From Phoronis australis (Eukaryota > Animalia > Phoronida): 64,000 nt of DNA. The stretch covers positions 124,001 to 188,000 of the forward strand of contig NMRA01000007.1 in the NCBI GenBank assembly GCA_002633005.1, given 5' to 3'. The position numbers were made by a program, and so were the translations under genes. The notes beneath the pieces were generated by a model. The model saw only the letters and a list, made by a program, of their open reading frames with translations, did no database searches and was not told the DNA's origin. Numbering within the stretch: the first letter of the stretch is position 1; every line of letters starts with the position of its first letter. Of this stretch, positions 1-12,000 are shown piece after piece.

Positions 1-394
1 TTACTGATGGTGCACCCTCTGTACACAGTGACTGAATATTTGAATTGTCACATGAACTCTGTTCTCTTATCATGAAACATTGTGAATGGTTCAGCAGCTC
101 TTAAGCAGTGATTTTGACCTTGTTTCTCGCATTCAAATGAACAAAGATATTTTCTTTGGCATTTAGAAAGACGACAACGTTTTTTTTTTCGCATTATGCC
201 TTTAACGTGTTTATATGTTATCGTTTACTCGATTTTTATAGATATAGTCGGTTATTTGAAGCACATAAATAATATTAAAAATAATACAATTCTGTGTGTC
301 CATATTTGCTTAGTACAAACGTAGTGTGTTCAGTTTGTGAACATTCAATGGCCAACAATGCTTGCGACGGTTAGCCTAATGTCTAATTTTACAG

Positions 395-3300
395 ATCCCA
401 CCAAGTACTTTGGCTGTGAGCTTGGTGCCCAGACAACACTTAACGTCAAAGACGAACGCTTCATTGTCAATGGCTCTCACGACTGCAACAAGTTGCAAGA
501 GATACTTGACGGCTTCATTAGCAAATTTGTGCTTTGCCCGGAGTGCGACAACCCCGAAACCAATCTGGTGTGTGCAATTTCGTCGTAAGATTATTTCTAC
601 GTTCATGTTACCTTTTCGTTTTCACATGTGTGGGAAGAGATGTAGTGTGAATAGAATGTTAGCTCTATGTCCGTGTAAGGGTTTGGGGATATGGCCACTG
701 AAGTTGGTAAATTTCAGCATAATTGAATATTAGTGCCAGCAAATTGTGCTAGGCACTTTTTTCTCAGTGGTAAGGCATATAGTCCTGCCAGTCAAAGTGT
801 TATGTCCTTTCCACTTGCTGCCTCAGTGTGAAATCCACACAATAAGCTCTTTGGAATTGGTGGCCCCAAGGTTGGGGTCTGTCTATTGGAAAACGTTCAT
901 CAATCAGAAGGCGTGGGCACCTTACTGTGTAAGGAGAGTGCTGCTAAATGGGATGAAATGCTGTTTTGAGCGATTGTAATGATTGAACTGGTGTTGCCAT
1001 AAACATGTCTGTTGCCAGTAGTTATGTGTTGGTATTTTCTCTCGCAGATTGTCAATCAGAAGAAGCAGAACATTGGTCAGCGTTGTATGGCCTGTGGTCA
1101 CACTGGACAGATAGACATGCGTCACAAGCTGACCACCTTCATTCTGAAGAATCCACCTCAGTCCGATCAGCAGAATGTAAGCCGGGTCAAATGATGATGT
1201 TACGGGGCAATAGCCGGATATAACGCGCTCATATTTTGAGAACCAGTTTTATGTCCGTTATTGAGTGGAGAAAACTGGTTCTCAAATCATGATACAGTAA
1301 AATCTCACCAATTCTGAACAAAGTCAAACTTGATAATTTTTCAAAGGCTTAAACTGTAGGTGGTGGAAACCGACTTTTATCATGGGCGTACGCTTACCAC
1401 ACACTGCAAAAAAGTCTTACCATGCACAAAAATTGCCTTGGAAACTGAGCTCCAGTCAGGCACTCGTACCACTGACGGTGTCACCCAATTTCAGTGTTTC
1501 TCTGTGTGTGTGTGTCTGTGATCAATCACTAGCTTTAAAAATTGTATGTGGTAATAGTGCTTGAATGTGGTTGTAGATCAGCTTCTGTGGTAAGGTTTTT
1601 GTGGTCGGTAGGATTGTTGAACAATTTGAATGCTCACACTGTTCAGAACATCCAATAGCTGTGGTACAGAGCTATAAATGTATAAAGTATTTATTTGGTG
1701 CTAGATGTCTTTTATGAATCAAATGAAAACATGAATTGTCACTTGTATGCTATATTGTGTCGGCGAGGTTTTTTTGTAATGTAAGTTGTTAGTGGGAGTA
1801 ACGGATTTAAAATAGGGATGTTTCGAGTATCTTACAATTGTTAGCTTTGACATGAACTGTACCTCGAACAGTACCGTGATCCTAAAACAAATCCTGTCAG
1901 CTTTGAAAAAGATGCCTCCGGTAATTATTTTGGTATTTAATTTTAAAATTAAATATGAAGGAAATGTCAGCAGACTTGAATTATTCTCTTATTTAGTTTT
2001 GCGCTTTGTCTCTATCTGTCACCTCCAGTATTGAAATGTAGTTGGTTTACACAATCTTTTGCAGGACCATGGTACTGAGACACCCAACAAGAAGGATGTT
2101 AAGAAGTCCAGTAAGAAGGGTGCGAAGTCCAAGCAGAACGGTCAGGAGGGTGATAACGACCGTGGGTCCCCCGAGGCAACGGCCCAGGAGCAGAGTGCCG
2201 CTGCCCGCACCTCGGGTCTTGTGGTTGATGCTCCACCTGTGGTGAGTTTCTTAAACTAGCTCAGTGCGCAATGATGTTTGAGTAGAACTCGCATTGTAGG
2301 TACACTAAACTAAACACTTAGTGGATAGACCAGAACACTGTACAATTATTACAATAAGGAGGGTATGTAACAGCTAGATAATACTATTGTAGGTGATTGA
2401 TTTCCACATTACCCTGTCCAATGGCAGAAGAAGTGCTTGGAATAGAAAAGATCAAAAAGAGAACTTTGGTTTGATTTAAAATAAAATTGTGCCATTAGTT
2501 GATAAGTTTCTCTTTAAATAATCCACCAGCCCTTTTCACAATTGCAGACAAACAGCTCAAACCTAATTGCTCAGGGTCTTCGACCTCCTCTGCATGTTTT
2601 CAACAATAATGTAGCAACATTCATAGAACTCTTCTGAGTGAATCACCTGTGTTGTAGGCCGACGACGTGGATGAAGATGACTGGGGCGAGGACACTAGTG
2701 CTGAAGCTGTGAAGGCACGTATGGAGGAGTTAACGGACGCTGCCAGAGGCCTGGCTATGAATGATGATCTGGAGAAGACCCCTCAAGAGAGAGTCGACCT
2801 TTTCTACAACTACGTTAAGGTCAGTGGGTCATGCACTGAATGTTTAAAGTCAGTCATTGAAGGTATCGTGTGTAATCAGTTGATTTAGTAGGTTACAACT
2901 TCGTTTGTCACTTTGAAGCATTGCTGACCATTGGCCACTATGAGCATCTGATCCACATTATATGATTTGTTTTTCCTCTTTCGATTGCCTTGCAAACTTT
3001 ATACCGGTGTGACTAATTTGATAGTGTTAACTGTGATTCTAATGCAGAACCTGTGCTTCGTGTTTGAAGTGTAGCTGCCTATGCGAAATGTTCTCAGAAT
3101 TGTGTACAACATTGCCATAATAAATTTTTGCAACTTATGGATAAACGTTATTGCCCACCGTGATCTTGTTTGATTTTTCTCGGAATTTTGTACAACCCTG
3201 CCGCACTAATTACTGTAATGGTGTATTTGTTAGGGTTTGAAATTAGCTGTTGCCAAATATGGTGAGTGCCTTTTCTTACAATTTTCATGTGAGATGTGTG

Positions 3301-6300
3301 TTTGTGTGTGTGTTGTAGAACAAGAAGAACAGCGGCACTGTAGCCAAGGCAGATCGCGAGATACTGGCCGAAGCTGAGCGTCTGGACATTAAGGACAAAG
3401 CACCGCTGGTCCTGGGCGAGGTCTTGTTCAGCGAGAATATGATGCAGGAAATGAAAGATTACCGCCTCGTCTTCTTGCGTGTAAGTTGCCATCTTGCAAT
3501 CTGGTGCTCTTGGTCATTCTTGTAAACAAAAGTAGTTGTTATGGTGTTATTGAGCCGTCCTTGCCTGTTCTGTATTGTGTAGACAGGATTTGCCTGGGCA
3601 ATGGTTATTGGCTTGTTTTGTATGCCGTCATTTTGACATTTTGGACCTGTTCAATTAGAATTAAAATTAAAATGCTATAAATAATAACAATAATAGTTGA
3701 GCTGGATTAATGTATTGTAGTAAATTACTAAGGTCTTGGAAAATTATTACCTGGTTGGACCTGATCAATCTTACTCCTTATCAACTCCTCAGAAGCGTAC
3801 ATTGGGTGCCCCAGTTGAAAGAGCACACCAATTCAGGCCAACACATAATTTTGTAATAAAAACCATATGCTCAATTGCCCCCATGGTTACCTGAATAGGA
3901 AAAATCCAAGATCTGCAAAACTTTTGAATGTGTAATGTGACTGCATTTCTATTCCTATTTGTGGGTCCAAATCGTGCCATAATAGTGACTGTTCCGTTAC
4001 CACGTAACAACCGAATATATTCAGATGCATTTTAAACATGTTATTATTTCAAATGGCAATTATTTTTTCAAGTGGCGTTCCACATTTTGAGTTTTTCATT
4101 AAATCGTGATTCAAAGTTAGTCAAAATGCTTATGCAAAACTAGTTGAAACTGGTCAAACTAACTAATACTAAGTGATTGAAAGCTTTTTTGCTTCGAACT
4201 AACATCAGTTAGTCAGAATACTCCAATGTGTTGTTTGACTAACGTCAAAATATTGTAGTCGATGGCAAGACTGTACATTTGAGAATTCTGACTAACGCTA
4301 TCCATAGGGAACGTTAGTCGACAGCATGAATGTACAGTGGAGTTTTGCATAAGCATTTTGACTAACGTTGAAGGGTCGCATGGAGAAGTATCCTCATCTG
4401 TAGTCCTGTATGGTCCTTTCAGTTCACCCATGGTAACCCCAAGGCCCAAAAGTATCTGCTTGGTGCGTTTGAGTTGCTGGTCGGTGACGTGCACAAGGAC
4501 GCCCTGCTGGTGAAGGTGCCACTCATTCTTAAGGCCTTCTATGACCTTGACATTCTGGAGGAGGAGGTCATCATAGATTGGAGCAAGAAGGTATGTCTCC
4601 AATAGCAACAATCTGGCCTCACATCTGGTTATTAAAAGTTTCAGATAATTGTTATAACTTCTTAACTTGAAAGAAGTAAAGAAAAGCCAAACGTGTATTC
4701 TCATGTATACTCGAGCTTGACAAGACCCTAGACAGGTCAAGTGTATATCTTTACATCTGCACTCGACCTTGACAAGACCCTAGACAGGTCAAGTGTATAT
4801 GTTTACATCTGCCAAGCTTGGAACCTAAATTCCTCTTATCTTTCCTTTTCGACTTCGTTCCTTAAATAAGTCGTGGGTGCTCATCTGTAAGAAGCTATTT
4901 GAACCTGGTAGACCTGCCAGTGATAATGTTTTGTCACAGCATATCAAGAGTTGAATCCAAAGTAAACAAAAGTATTATTTGTGTGCCAGTTTGGTGGGGT
5001 GTCATTGAAATCATTCACACTTGAAGGTTATTTTTAGAACCTTAGTTCAGCTGAAATTAAAGCAGTTATAAGCCCAGTATTCTATCGAATTAACTAACTT
5101 TGGATTTAGACCCGTTTGTGACATAAAACTGATCCGAACTTGATCGTCACTGATATGAGAAGTGACTTTGTCTTGTGAAAAACTGGCTGTTCGTTATTAC
5201 TAGAGGCCTTGCTGAGTGCATATAGTTACATGCTATGACTGATAAGTCACATCCATTTTGTCTAAAGAACACTTAGGGAAAAGTTTCACAATGGCGAGTG
5301 GTCATAATCAAAAGTTAGTTTTTATGATGGAAAACATGTTTGTTCACTGCATGCACACGGTGGTGGTGTTGCAAAAATGATTGTTGTGCATTGTTGTTTA
5401 GGACACAGTGCCTCGTTTTAGCATCAATTTTAACAAAGCAAAAATGAAAGCGCATGTCTTCCAAACACACAGAACCATTGTAGTTGGACACAACACCTCG
5501 ATTTCAACCATAATGGCAAATTCGTGCAAGTAGTGAATAGCCTCTTACGTTACTGTGGTCGTGAATTAGGGAAATTTTGTGCTGAAGATTTTATAAAGTG
5601 TTGCTGTGTTATGTAAAAGTCTTCAGCGTAATGCAGAAAGTGAATGCGCCATCTAATGGCGCCGTCATCGTTTGTGCTGTAGGTATCCAAGAAGTACGTG
5701 ACCAAACCAGTGTGTCAGGAGATTCACGACAAGGCGTCGCCGTTCATCAAGTGGCTGAAGGAGGCTGAGGAGGAAGAGAGTGAGTCTGAGGATGACATAG
5801 AGGTAGGTGATTACCAGTCGCACTGCCAGGCGGCGCTGTCATTGTAATAGTCTAGTTGGCATTCTGATACTGTCCACGGCAAACCCGGTGATGTTGATAG
5901 TTGTAACGTTTTCTTTTGGATTTGTAATGTGTATGGGTGGGAAAGCAAACATAGCTCGATTACACGGAATGAGCAGTTTTTGTAATTCAATATGGCGGCA
6001 TTCGTGCGACCAGGCCAACTTTGTTCTTCTAATCGTATACAGCACATTTCCAAAAGAAAATGTTACAGTGAACAACATTGCAGGGTAACATTTTGTGAGT
6101 AGCGACATTTTCAGAAGCGTAGAAAACTTTCACTTGGCCAGTTGGTTAGCAGCCAGCTTATGCTTTTATAGTGTATTCAGAAAATGTCGACGAGTCGTGA
6201 GAAATTGAGAATCAACATATTTGGAATTACTCTTTGTAAGGACAAAAAGCAGCACGTTTTGTATGCTTTTGGGAGTGTTGATAGTTATGTGCTAACCCTA

Positions 6301-6581
6301 ACCTCCCAACTGTTCAACATGGGTTTCATTAGGCTACACTCCAACAAAGTTACTGTATGTTGGGTAGGTGAAGCTTAACCTCAAAAAGTTAGTTTAAAAG
6401 TAAATGTGCTGCGAGTGGTTGAAGTGTAGTGTTTGTCATTGATGACCTCTGACCTTTGTTGCAGGTGGTCTACTCTCACACAGAGAAGACCGGAACTAGC
6501 ATTGCTGAGCCAGTCGAGCCGAAACCTGCGGCAGCTGCCAAGCCCGAGGAAGACGATGAATTTGATATTGACGACATTTAA
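395..6581 (+). CDS. EIF5: Eukaryotic translation initiation factor 5 (5'-partial; roughly the first 50 aa lie upstream of the window)
   Basis: Exons 395-567, 1048-1176, 2065-2241, 2658-2819, 3319-3480, 4423-4590, 5683-5802, 6465-6581(TAA), all with GT-AG boundaries and consistent phase. The translation has the eIF5 N-domain and zinc finger ([13 protein letters not shown]...[12 protein letters not shown]...CMACG), DDDWGED, the W2/AA-box C-terminus ([19 protein letters not shown]; [15 protein letters not shown]) and the terminal DEFDIDDI. Confidence 0.97.
4110..4372. repeat. Palindromic MITE-like repeat in an eIF5 intron
   Basis: Perfect 26-bp inverted repeat GTTAGTCAAAATGCTTATGCAAAACT (4116-4141) / AGTTTTGCATAAGCATTTTGACTAAC (4341-4366), with internal GTTAGTC/GACTAAC subrepeats. 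Confidence 0.7.
4709..4812. repeat. Tandem duplication, 2 x 52 bp
   Basis: ACTCGA(G/C)CTTGACAAGACCCTAGACAGGTCAAGTGTATAT(C/G)TTTACATCTGC repeated at 4709 and 4761 with 2 mismatches. Confidence 0.9.
5340..5540. mobile_element. Degenerate MITE-like element
   Basis: Imperfect terminal inverted repeats TTGTTCACTGCATGCAC / CGTGCAAGTAGTGAATAG. Confidence 0.35.
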
Positions 6582-6843
6582 GTGTGCTTTTGTACCGGTA
6601 GAACCGCATGCCTATGTTATCTTATGTTATGTTGTGTTATACAGCCCTTCGGCTGTCACTGTTATCTCGCTTTGTGTTGTTCTTGATAACCTTGACAACA
6701 CCATTGTGTTGTAACCTGGAACCCGTCGTGAAGAAGGTGCGAAATTCGACGGCAAATGAAAATTATCAACATTATACAACTCGTATAAGTTTTAAGCTTT
6801 GTTGGAAATATTCGTGATTGTATTCACTATACTGAAGCAATTC

Positions 6844-7072
6844 AATAAACTCGAATGAATGGGATCACGTGCTGTTTTGTGTTCATTTTGTGCCCTCTTG
6901 GCATATTTAGATAAACAACCTTGCGTTGGTGGCTTTAAGTGCTTAAAATCACCATTCACGTGGTTTAGACAAGTGACTACATTGGCAGCATCATAAAACC
7001 TTGCGTTATCGCACTGCATATCACAATCGTGAATTCAGTATCCCACACAATGAAAAAACGAATTCAAATAAA
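6844..7072 (+). terminator. Candidate eIF5 polyadenylation signals
   Basis: AATAAA at 6844-6849 and 7067-7072, downstream of the eIF5 stop; which one is used is unknown. Confidence 0.45.
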
Positions 7073-7916
7073 CGTTTCTTATTTTCACAGACACAAGTGA
7101 GAGGTACGAATGTACCCAGCATCAGTGTGTTGTACACCAACGCAAGATTTTCTTGTTACGAACTTGTGCCTCATCGCGCTTCTTTGTAGTCACTATAAAT
7201 GCAATGCTTTGACATTTCATGTTGTACCATAAGCCACGGGAAATCTAGCAGTAATATTGGACTGTCGAATTTTCAAACTAAACACAATGGAGGATGTGAT
7301 TGGTTTTATCCCAATTTTACACAGCATGTGCCACCAAATGCTTGTAACTCTACGTCAGCTAATTTACATATTGTCGGGTAGTGTTTGTGGGTGTTCCGAT
7401 TTGACAGTTGGTCAACTTGGGTTGTGCTATGGCGTTTTTGATTTGAAATTGGCAATTTAAGCATTTTAATGTAGGGTTTTCCAAGTCTTTGAATATATCC
7501 TGGTAACCAAATACGTCAACAAGGACTGCATCCAGCTTACGCCGATTTGAGGCGTTGTACATGCCTGCATGCACAACACTAAATTGTGAAACAAAATTGT
7601 CTGAAGTAACCAAGTGCAACTACACTCCCATAAACAGGTAGCAAATTTGAAAGTGAACTGAAAAGATGTCCTTTACGAATGTGATGAACTTGCAATTACA
7701 TTATTCATAGCAATAAGTTGTAGTACAAACTGAATGGTGCCCGATCATTTTTGTTGCCATTTTGTGTTCTACAAAACACCTGGAACTTGCACACCACTGT
7801 TGAAATGTTTTTACTGGTTTAACAACGTTCTCAGGAAGATGAGGCTTCCCTCTGCTTATTGCGTCCATTTGATGGAAAGACGTCAATACAGCCAAGGCAA
7901 AGCATTCCTTCATTTG

Positions 7917-8040
7917 CCTTGGTGCAAAGCTGTGTACCATACAACTTTGTGCCAATGTGGGTAAAAAACTGACCAAATAAAGTCTGACACAAAATTAGTG
8001 TCATTAAAAACAACACTTTTCCTTGAGTAAACTAAATTAT
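7917..8040. repeat. Dispersed repeat fragment (inverted copy at about 28083-28208)
   Basis: TCTGACACAAAATTAGTGTCATTAAAAACAACACTTTTCCTTGAGTAAACTAA closely matches the reverse complement of 28083-28140; similarity extends over about 120 bp. Confidence 0.75.
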
Positions 8041-8874
8041 TTACCCGCGTTGGAAAATTAAGTGTCCTATCCTTATTCTGCTGCTTAAGTTGTGGAGCGA
8101 TCTTTTGCATCAGCTTTCGGCGCCATGAAATATTGCACCACCTATTGGCCAATTTCTTTTCCCCATTCTTCAATCAACTGATCTCTTCCACGAGGTTGCG
8201 TACATGTCGCAACAAATCGAACTGGTTTCATTTCATTACATGTTTTTAGTATTTTATACCAGCAAACCGAATTTCAGAACAAATTTTGCTGCTGAGAAGC
8301 AGTCATCATCTCCCGTGAGATGTCGCACAATTATAGGAAATGGGCGCGTGTCAGAAGCGTACTGTTTTCAAAGTGACAACAGACATTTTTGTTACAAAAG
8401 ACGGAGAATTATGAAAGAAAATGGCGTTTATTAGATTGCTTATCACTTAAATGGTTGCAACAACCAAGGTGCATGCCGGTTGACTCCCAGATTTTGCATG
8501 CACCCTCGCCGGTTGTTAGCTTTACATGTTGACAGAGTGACGAGCAAAACGACCCGGGCTGTGTGAAATTTCGGGGTCTAATGGAGATCAACACACTGTC
8601 GCACCTAGCTGTATCTTGACTATAGTCTTCCTACAGTTAGCTGGCTGGCTATCCTTTAGCATGCTACATTGTTGGTGTGTATGCTATATAAGAACGGCTA
8701 AAGCAGAGAATCCCGGATGTTGTGCAACTGACAATGGGCAAACAACGCGAATACTTAATTAACATTTAATGCATGTATGAGTGACAAATTGTTCATGAGA
8801 ATATAGATTGTTTAATATGTTCCTGTTTCTCGTGCTTATGGATTGTAACTGACATTTTTAAATATTTCAGATTT

Positions 8875-8880
8875 TTTATT
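8875..8880 (-). terminator. Candidate KIF6 polyadenylation signal
   Basis: AATAAA on the minus strand about 120 nt downstream of the KIF6 stop codon. Confidence 0.45.
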
Positions 8881-9002
8881 ATCAATGTGGCGGAAAAAAG
8901 GAGACATTTTTTTGTAGTTTAATAAATTATCACCGACTCCAACATAATTCTCCAGACAAGAACAAGTTGGTTACTCCATCAACAGCACTTAGTCAGCTCT
9001 TG

Positions 9003-12000
9003 CTACCTTTTGCTGCCCTGTTGAGCTGAAAGAAATACAACCATTCAGTAAAAGGTGATCAGCAAACACAACAAAGTAACAATTGCAGTCAGAGGATGTT
9101 TCGATAATTTGACTGTGCTTGGTGTTAGAGTGACAACAAATTTAACATCTTATTTAATGTGTCTAAGGACATGTCCTTCACGAGAATTTATGTTTAGAAA
9201 GAACATTTTAAGTTACAGCATGTTCAGTTTGTCTCAAAATGTTTCAAAACGCATAAGTACTAAGTTTAGTTTGAAATGCTTATAATTCGTCGTATGAAAG
9301 CAAAGCATTGTAGCTGGAATGTTTTAATATGTCGCACTGAAGCACAGTGGTGCTTTTTTCATTGAAAAACAGCACTCGCGTACACATAACGAATACACAT
9401 GGTTTAATATTTTGCGCCACAATTGGCAGCATCAGTCATCAAACTTTCATAGTTAAAATGTTTTAGCGATATCAAATTTGTTGCGTGAACAGATTGCATT
9501 ATCAAGCTGTAAAGTATTTTGGAATATTTTCAATAAAACGCTTTGAATTTAGTTCAGTTAACATGTCAGGCACGATGCAGCGTAAGATATTGGCAACACG
9601 AATGTCCAGTCACTATTGTGGGTGGCAAAATGATCAGAACTGGGCTTCAAGTAGCCATGTCCTCAATTCAGACCTCTTGAAGAGGTTATGTAACACCACA
9701 TTTCTAAGCCGAATCAGATTAGTAAAGAACCTCAATAAGCTTGATGATCTTACTCTTATTGTGTAGTACGGCATCAGTGAGTGATAAAAATGCACTCCTG
9801 GGTAAATACCATAGCAACAGAGTGCTGTGGTATTTCATTAACCATGTGTATACTCACCCAGTCTGACAATGTTCTGTCTAGCTTTAAGAAATGCCATGAT
9901 GTCTGCATCAGCTTGTGCATCACCAGTGAGTGGAATGGAGTTGGAGCTCTCAGATCTGCAGTATGGACAACTTAACAATTATTACAAATAAAACTGGCTT
10001 ATAACTGGAAATAGAACTTACGCAAGATAATGAACGAGGAAGATTTTTGTACCACTTCCCTCAACTTCATGGTGCACACCTTGTTATGCACAACAGGGTC
10101 GAGTTCCATAGATTCAAGAATCTCATGAAGGAACCTGGTGTGATCACTTGCTTCACTAGTATCATATAGCGATCTCGCAGTCTTTTCCATTTGCGAAATT
10201 CTCACATCTACGGAACGTACACCAGGAATCTATTTGAAGATCGTAATACCTCGAGCTCGTTTTCCGAGTGAGGAGCTGTAAGCCTTAAGCAAGGATGTGT
10301 AATAAGACAAGGATTTTGTCCCACTTCTCTTGCTCATTTGAGAAATCTACAAGTGGTCGGTTTTAAAGCAGCTATAAACCTGCCATCCATTAAAAATAAC
10401 GTTTGGTTCAGAACATTACTTTTACAAAACTGGTATCAACTTGTTTTTTGCTCAGATACGAGGTAGTTTCTGGGCTTGAGAAGACCCGACATTGAAAACA
10501 CATGACCATGCTTTGCAACAAGATGAAACTATTCCTTTTTATTCTTTCAGTGGGTTGATAGTGGTATTTCCAAATAAGAGATGAACTAAAACAGAAAGAT
10601 AAGAGTGCAATTAAGAAAATATTTTTAATAAATGATGATTTTCCCTAACTTGTGCATCTGGACTACGACATAACACAGACACAAAGTGACAAACATGGTG
10701 TCTATTCTCATCACCTGCTCCTTGAACTATCCTTGTTGACACTACTCCTGACTTTATCCTCTCCATATTGCCTGGGTTCAGACTCCTTTATAAATGTTCC
10801 CGCTCCAGCCAGACTTTGTCTGATGTGACCAGGGATAGGGGGTTTCTTGTGACTTTGGACCGGCGAAGGACTCTGAAGAAAAAAGCAGTGGTGTGGCATC
10901 CCATCTCAGAACCCAACGATTCCTAACAATGTTTTGGAGAACAATGCATAAACCATAGTATCTGAAAGTTTCATATGAATCCAATCAGCCATTTCTGAGA
11001 TACGATGTTCCAAAGTTTGCCATATCTGGATATTTTTCTAGCTTTCGTTTATAACTAGATTTCTTGACATTAAAGTTAACAAGACCCAGCTAAGCAAGTA
11101 CAATGTTACACCTTGGCTTAAATAAACACTGTCGTTTCTCAAATGGATTGTGGGATGATTTTCAGCTCGTAAACATCAGTGACGTGTAAACAATATTAGG
11201 AAAAACAGTTGTCACCTGAGCGCACCAGAATTGAAAACACAGGTCCACTTCTACATGCTTTCTTGTGCAAATAGAACAAAGCAACCACCATAGCAAAAAG
11301 ATTGAAAGCCAGCCACAAAATGCTTCAAATAAATGCATTAGCAATTCTTTATGAGCGAAAGATTCTCTGGGTATGCAGAGAAGATCATACCACCCAAACA
11401 TTTAAATCAGATTACACATCCACAAGTTGTCTGTGATGTCACCGAAAGTCACCATCCCACAATGCATTTCAAAAACAAAAGAAACGCCGTCGACGAAATC
11501 TTAATAAATGAAAACTTAAATTCATTAATTTCACATTTTCTGTAAAATACGAGTACAGTGGCAAAGAGGAGCCTAAGGCCTGTTGAGTATGTACCACAAC
11601 AGAATTGCAGTTTATAAATAACCTAAATGTACAAGGCTTACAGATTCACACAGCCTGTATTGCGATCCTGCAAAATACATAGACTTAGTTGTCTTACGAT
11701 AACCAGCTACCTAAGTATGGTAAAAATTCTTCAAATTCGGACAAAAAGACTTGCTAAAATGGCCATATTTCAATTTTTCGGAGGCATTGTTAGAAATGTT
11801 GTTTGGTAATAGCTACGTCATACAAACTGTGCCAAAAGCAAAGTAAATTTTTGTAAAAAGTTATTTTCGTTGAGAAATTTGACAAAATGAAATTTCACCC
11901 ATCTGCCATATTGCGTCGCAAACTGAAAAACTTATACCGTTCTCGTCACTATGCCACCATGTTCACTGGTCTTACCTCCCCTGATCCACTGTGTTTATTA

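Noticed and set aside
1191-1317. Apparent C/D snoRNA (ATGATGA...CTGA) with an internal perfect 16-bp hairpin (TTTGAGAACCAGTTTT/AAAACTGGTTCTCAAA)
   Set aside because: There is no terminal stem. The would-be guide CAGTAAAATCTCACCAATT recurs inverted at about 45550 and partly at about 38172, and GAGAACCAGTT recurs at about 14848 and 38392, so these look like MITE fragments.
3148-4740. Minus-strand ORFs 3148-3492 and 4213-4740
   Set aside because: They are antisense shadows of eIF5 exons 5 and 6 with no recognisable protein features.
10250-10275. 26-nt mini-exon in KIF6 (cag|...CGAG|gtatta)
   Set aside because: It would frameshift; exon 20 joins exon 21 directly in phase.
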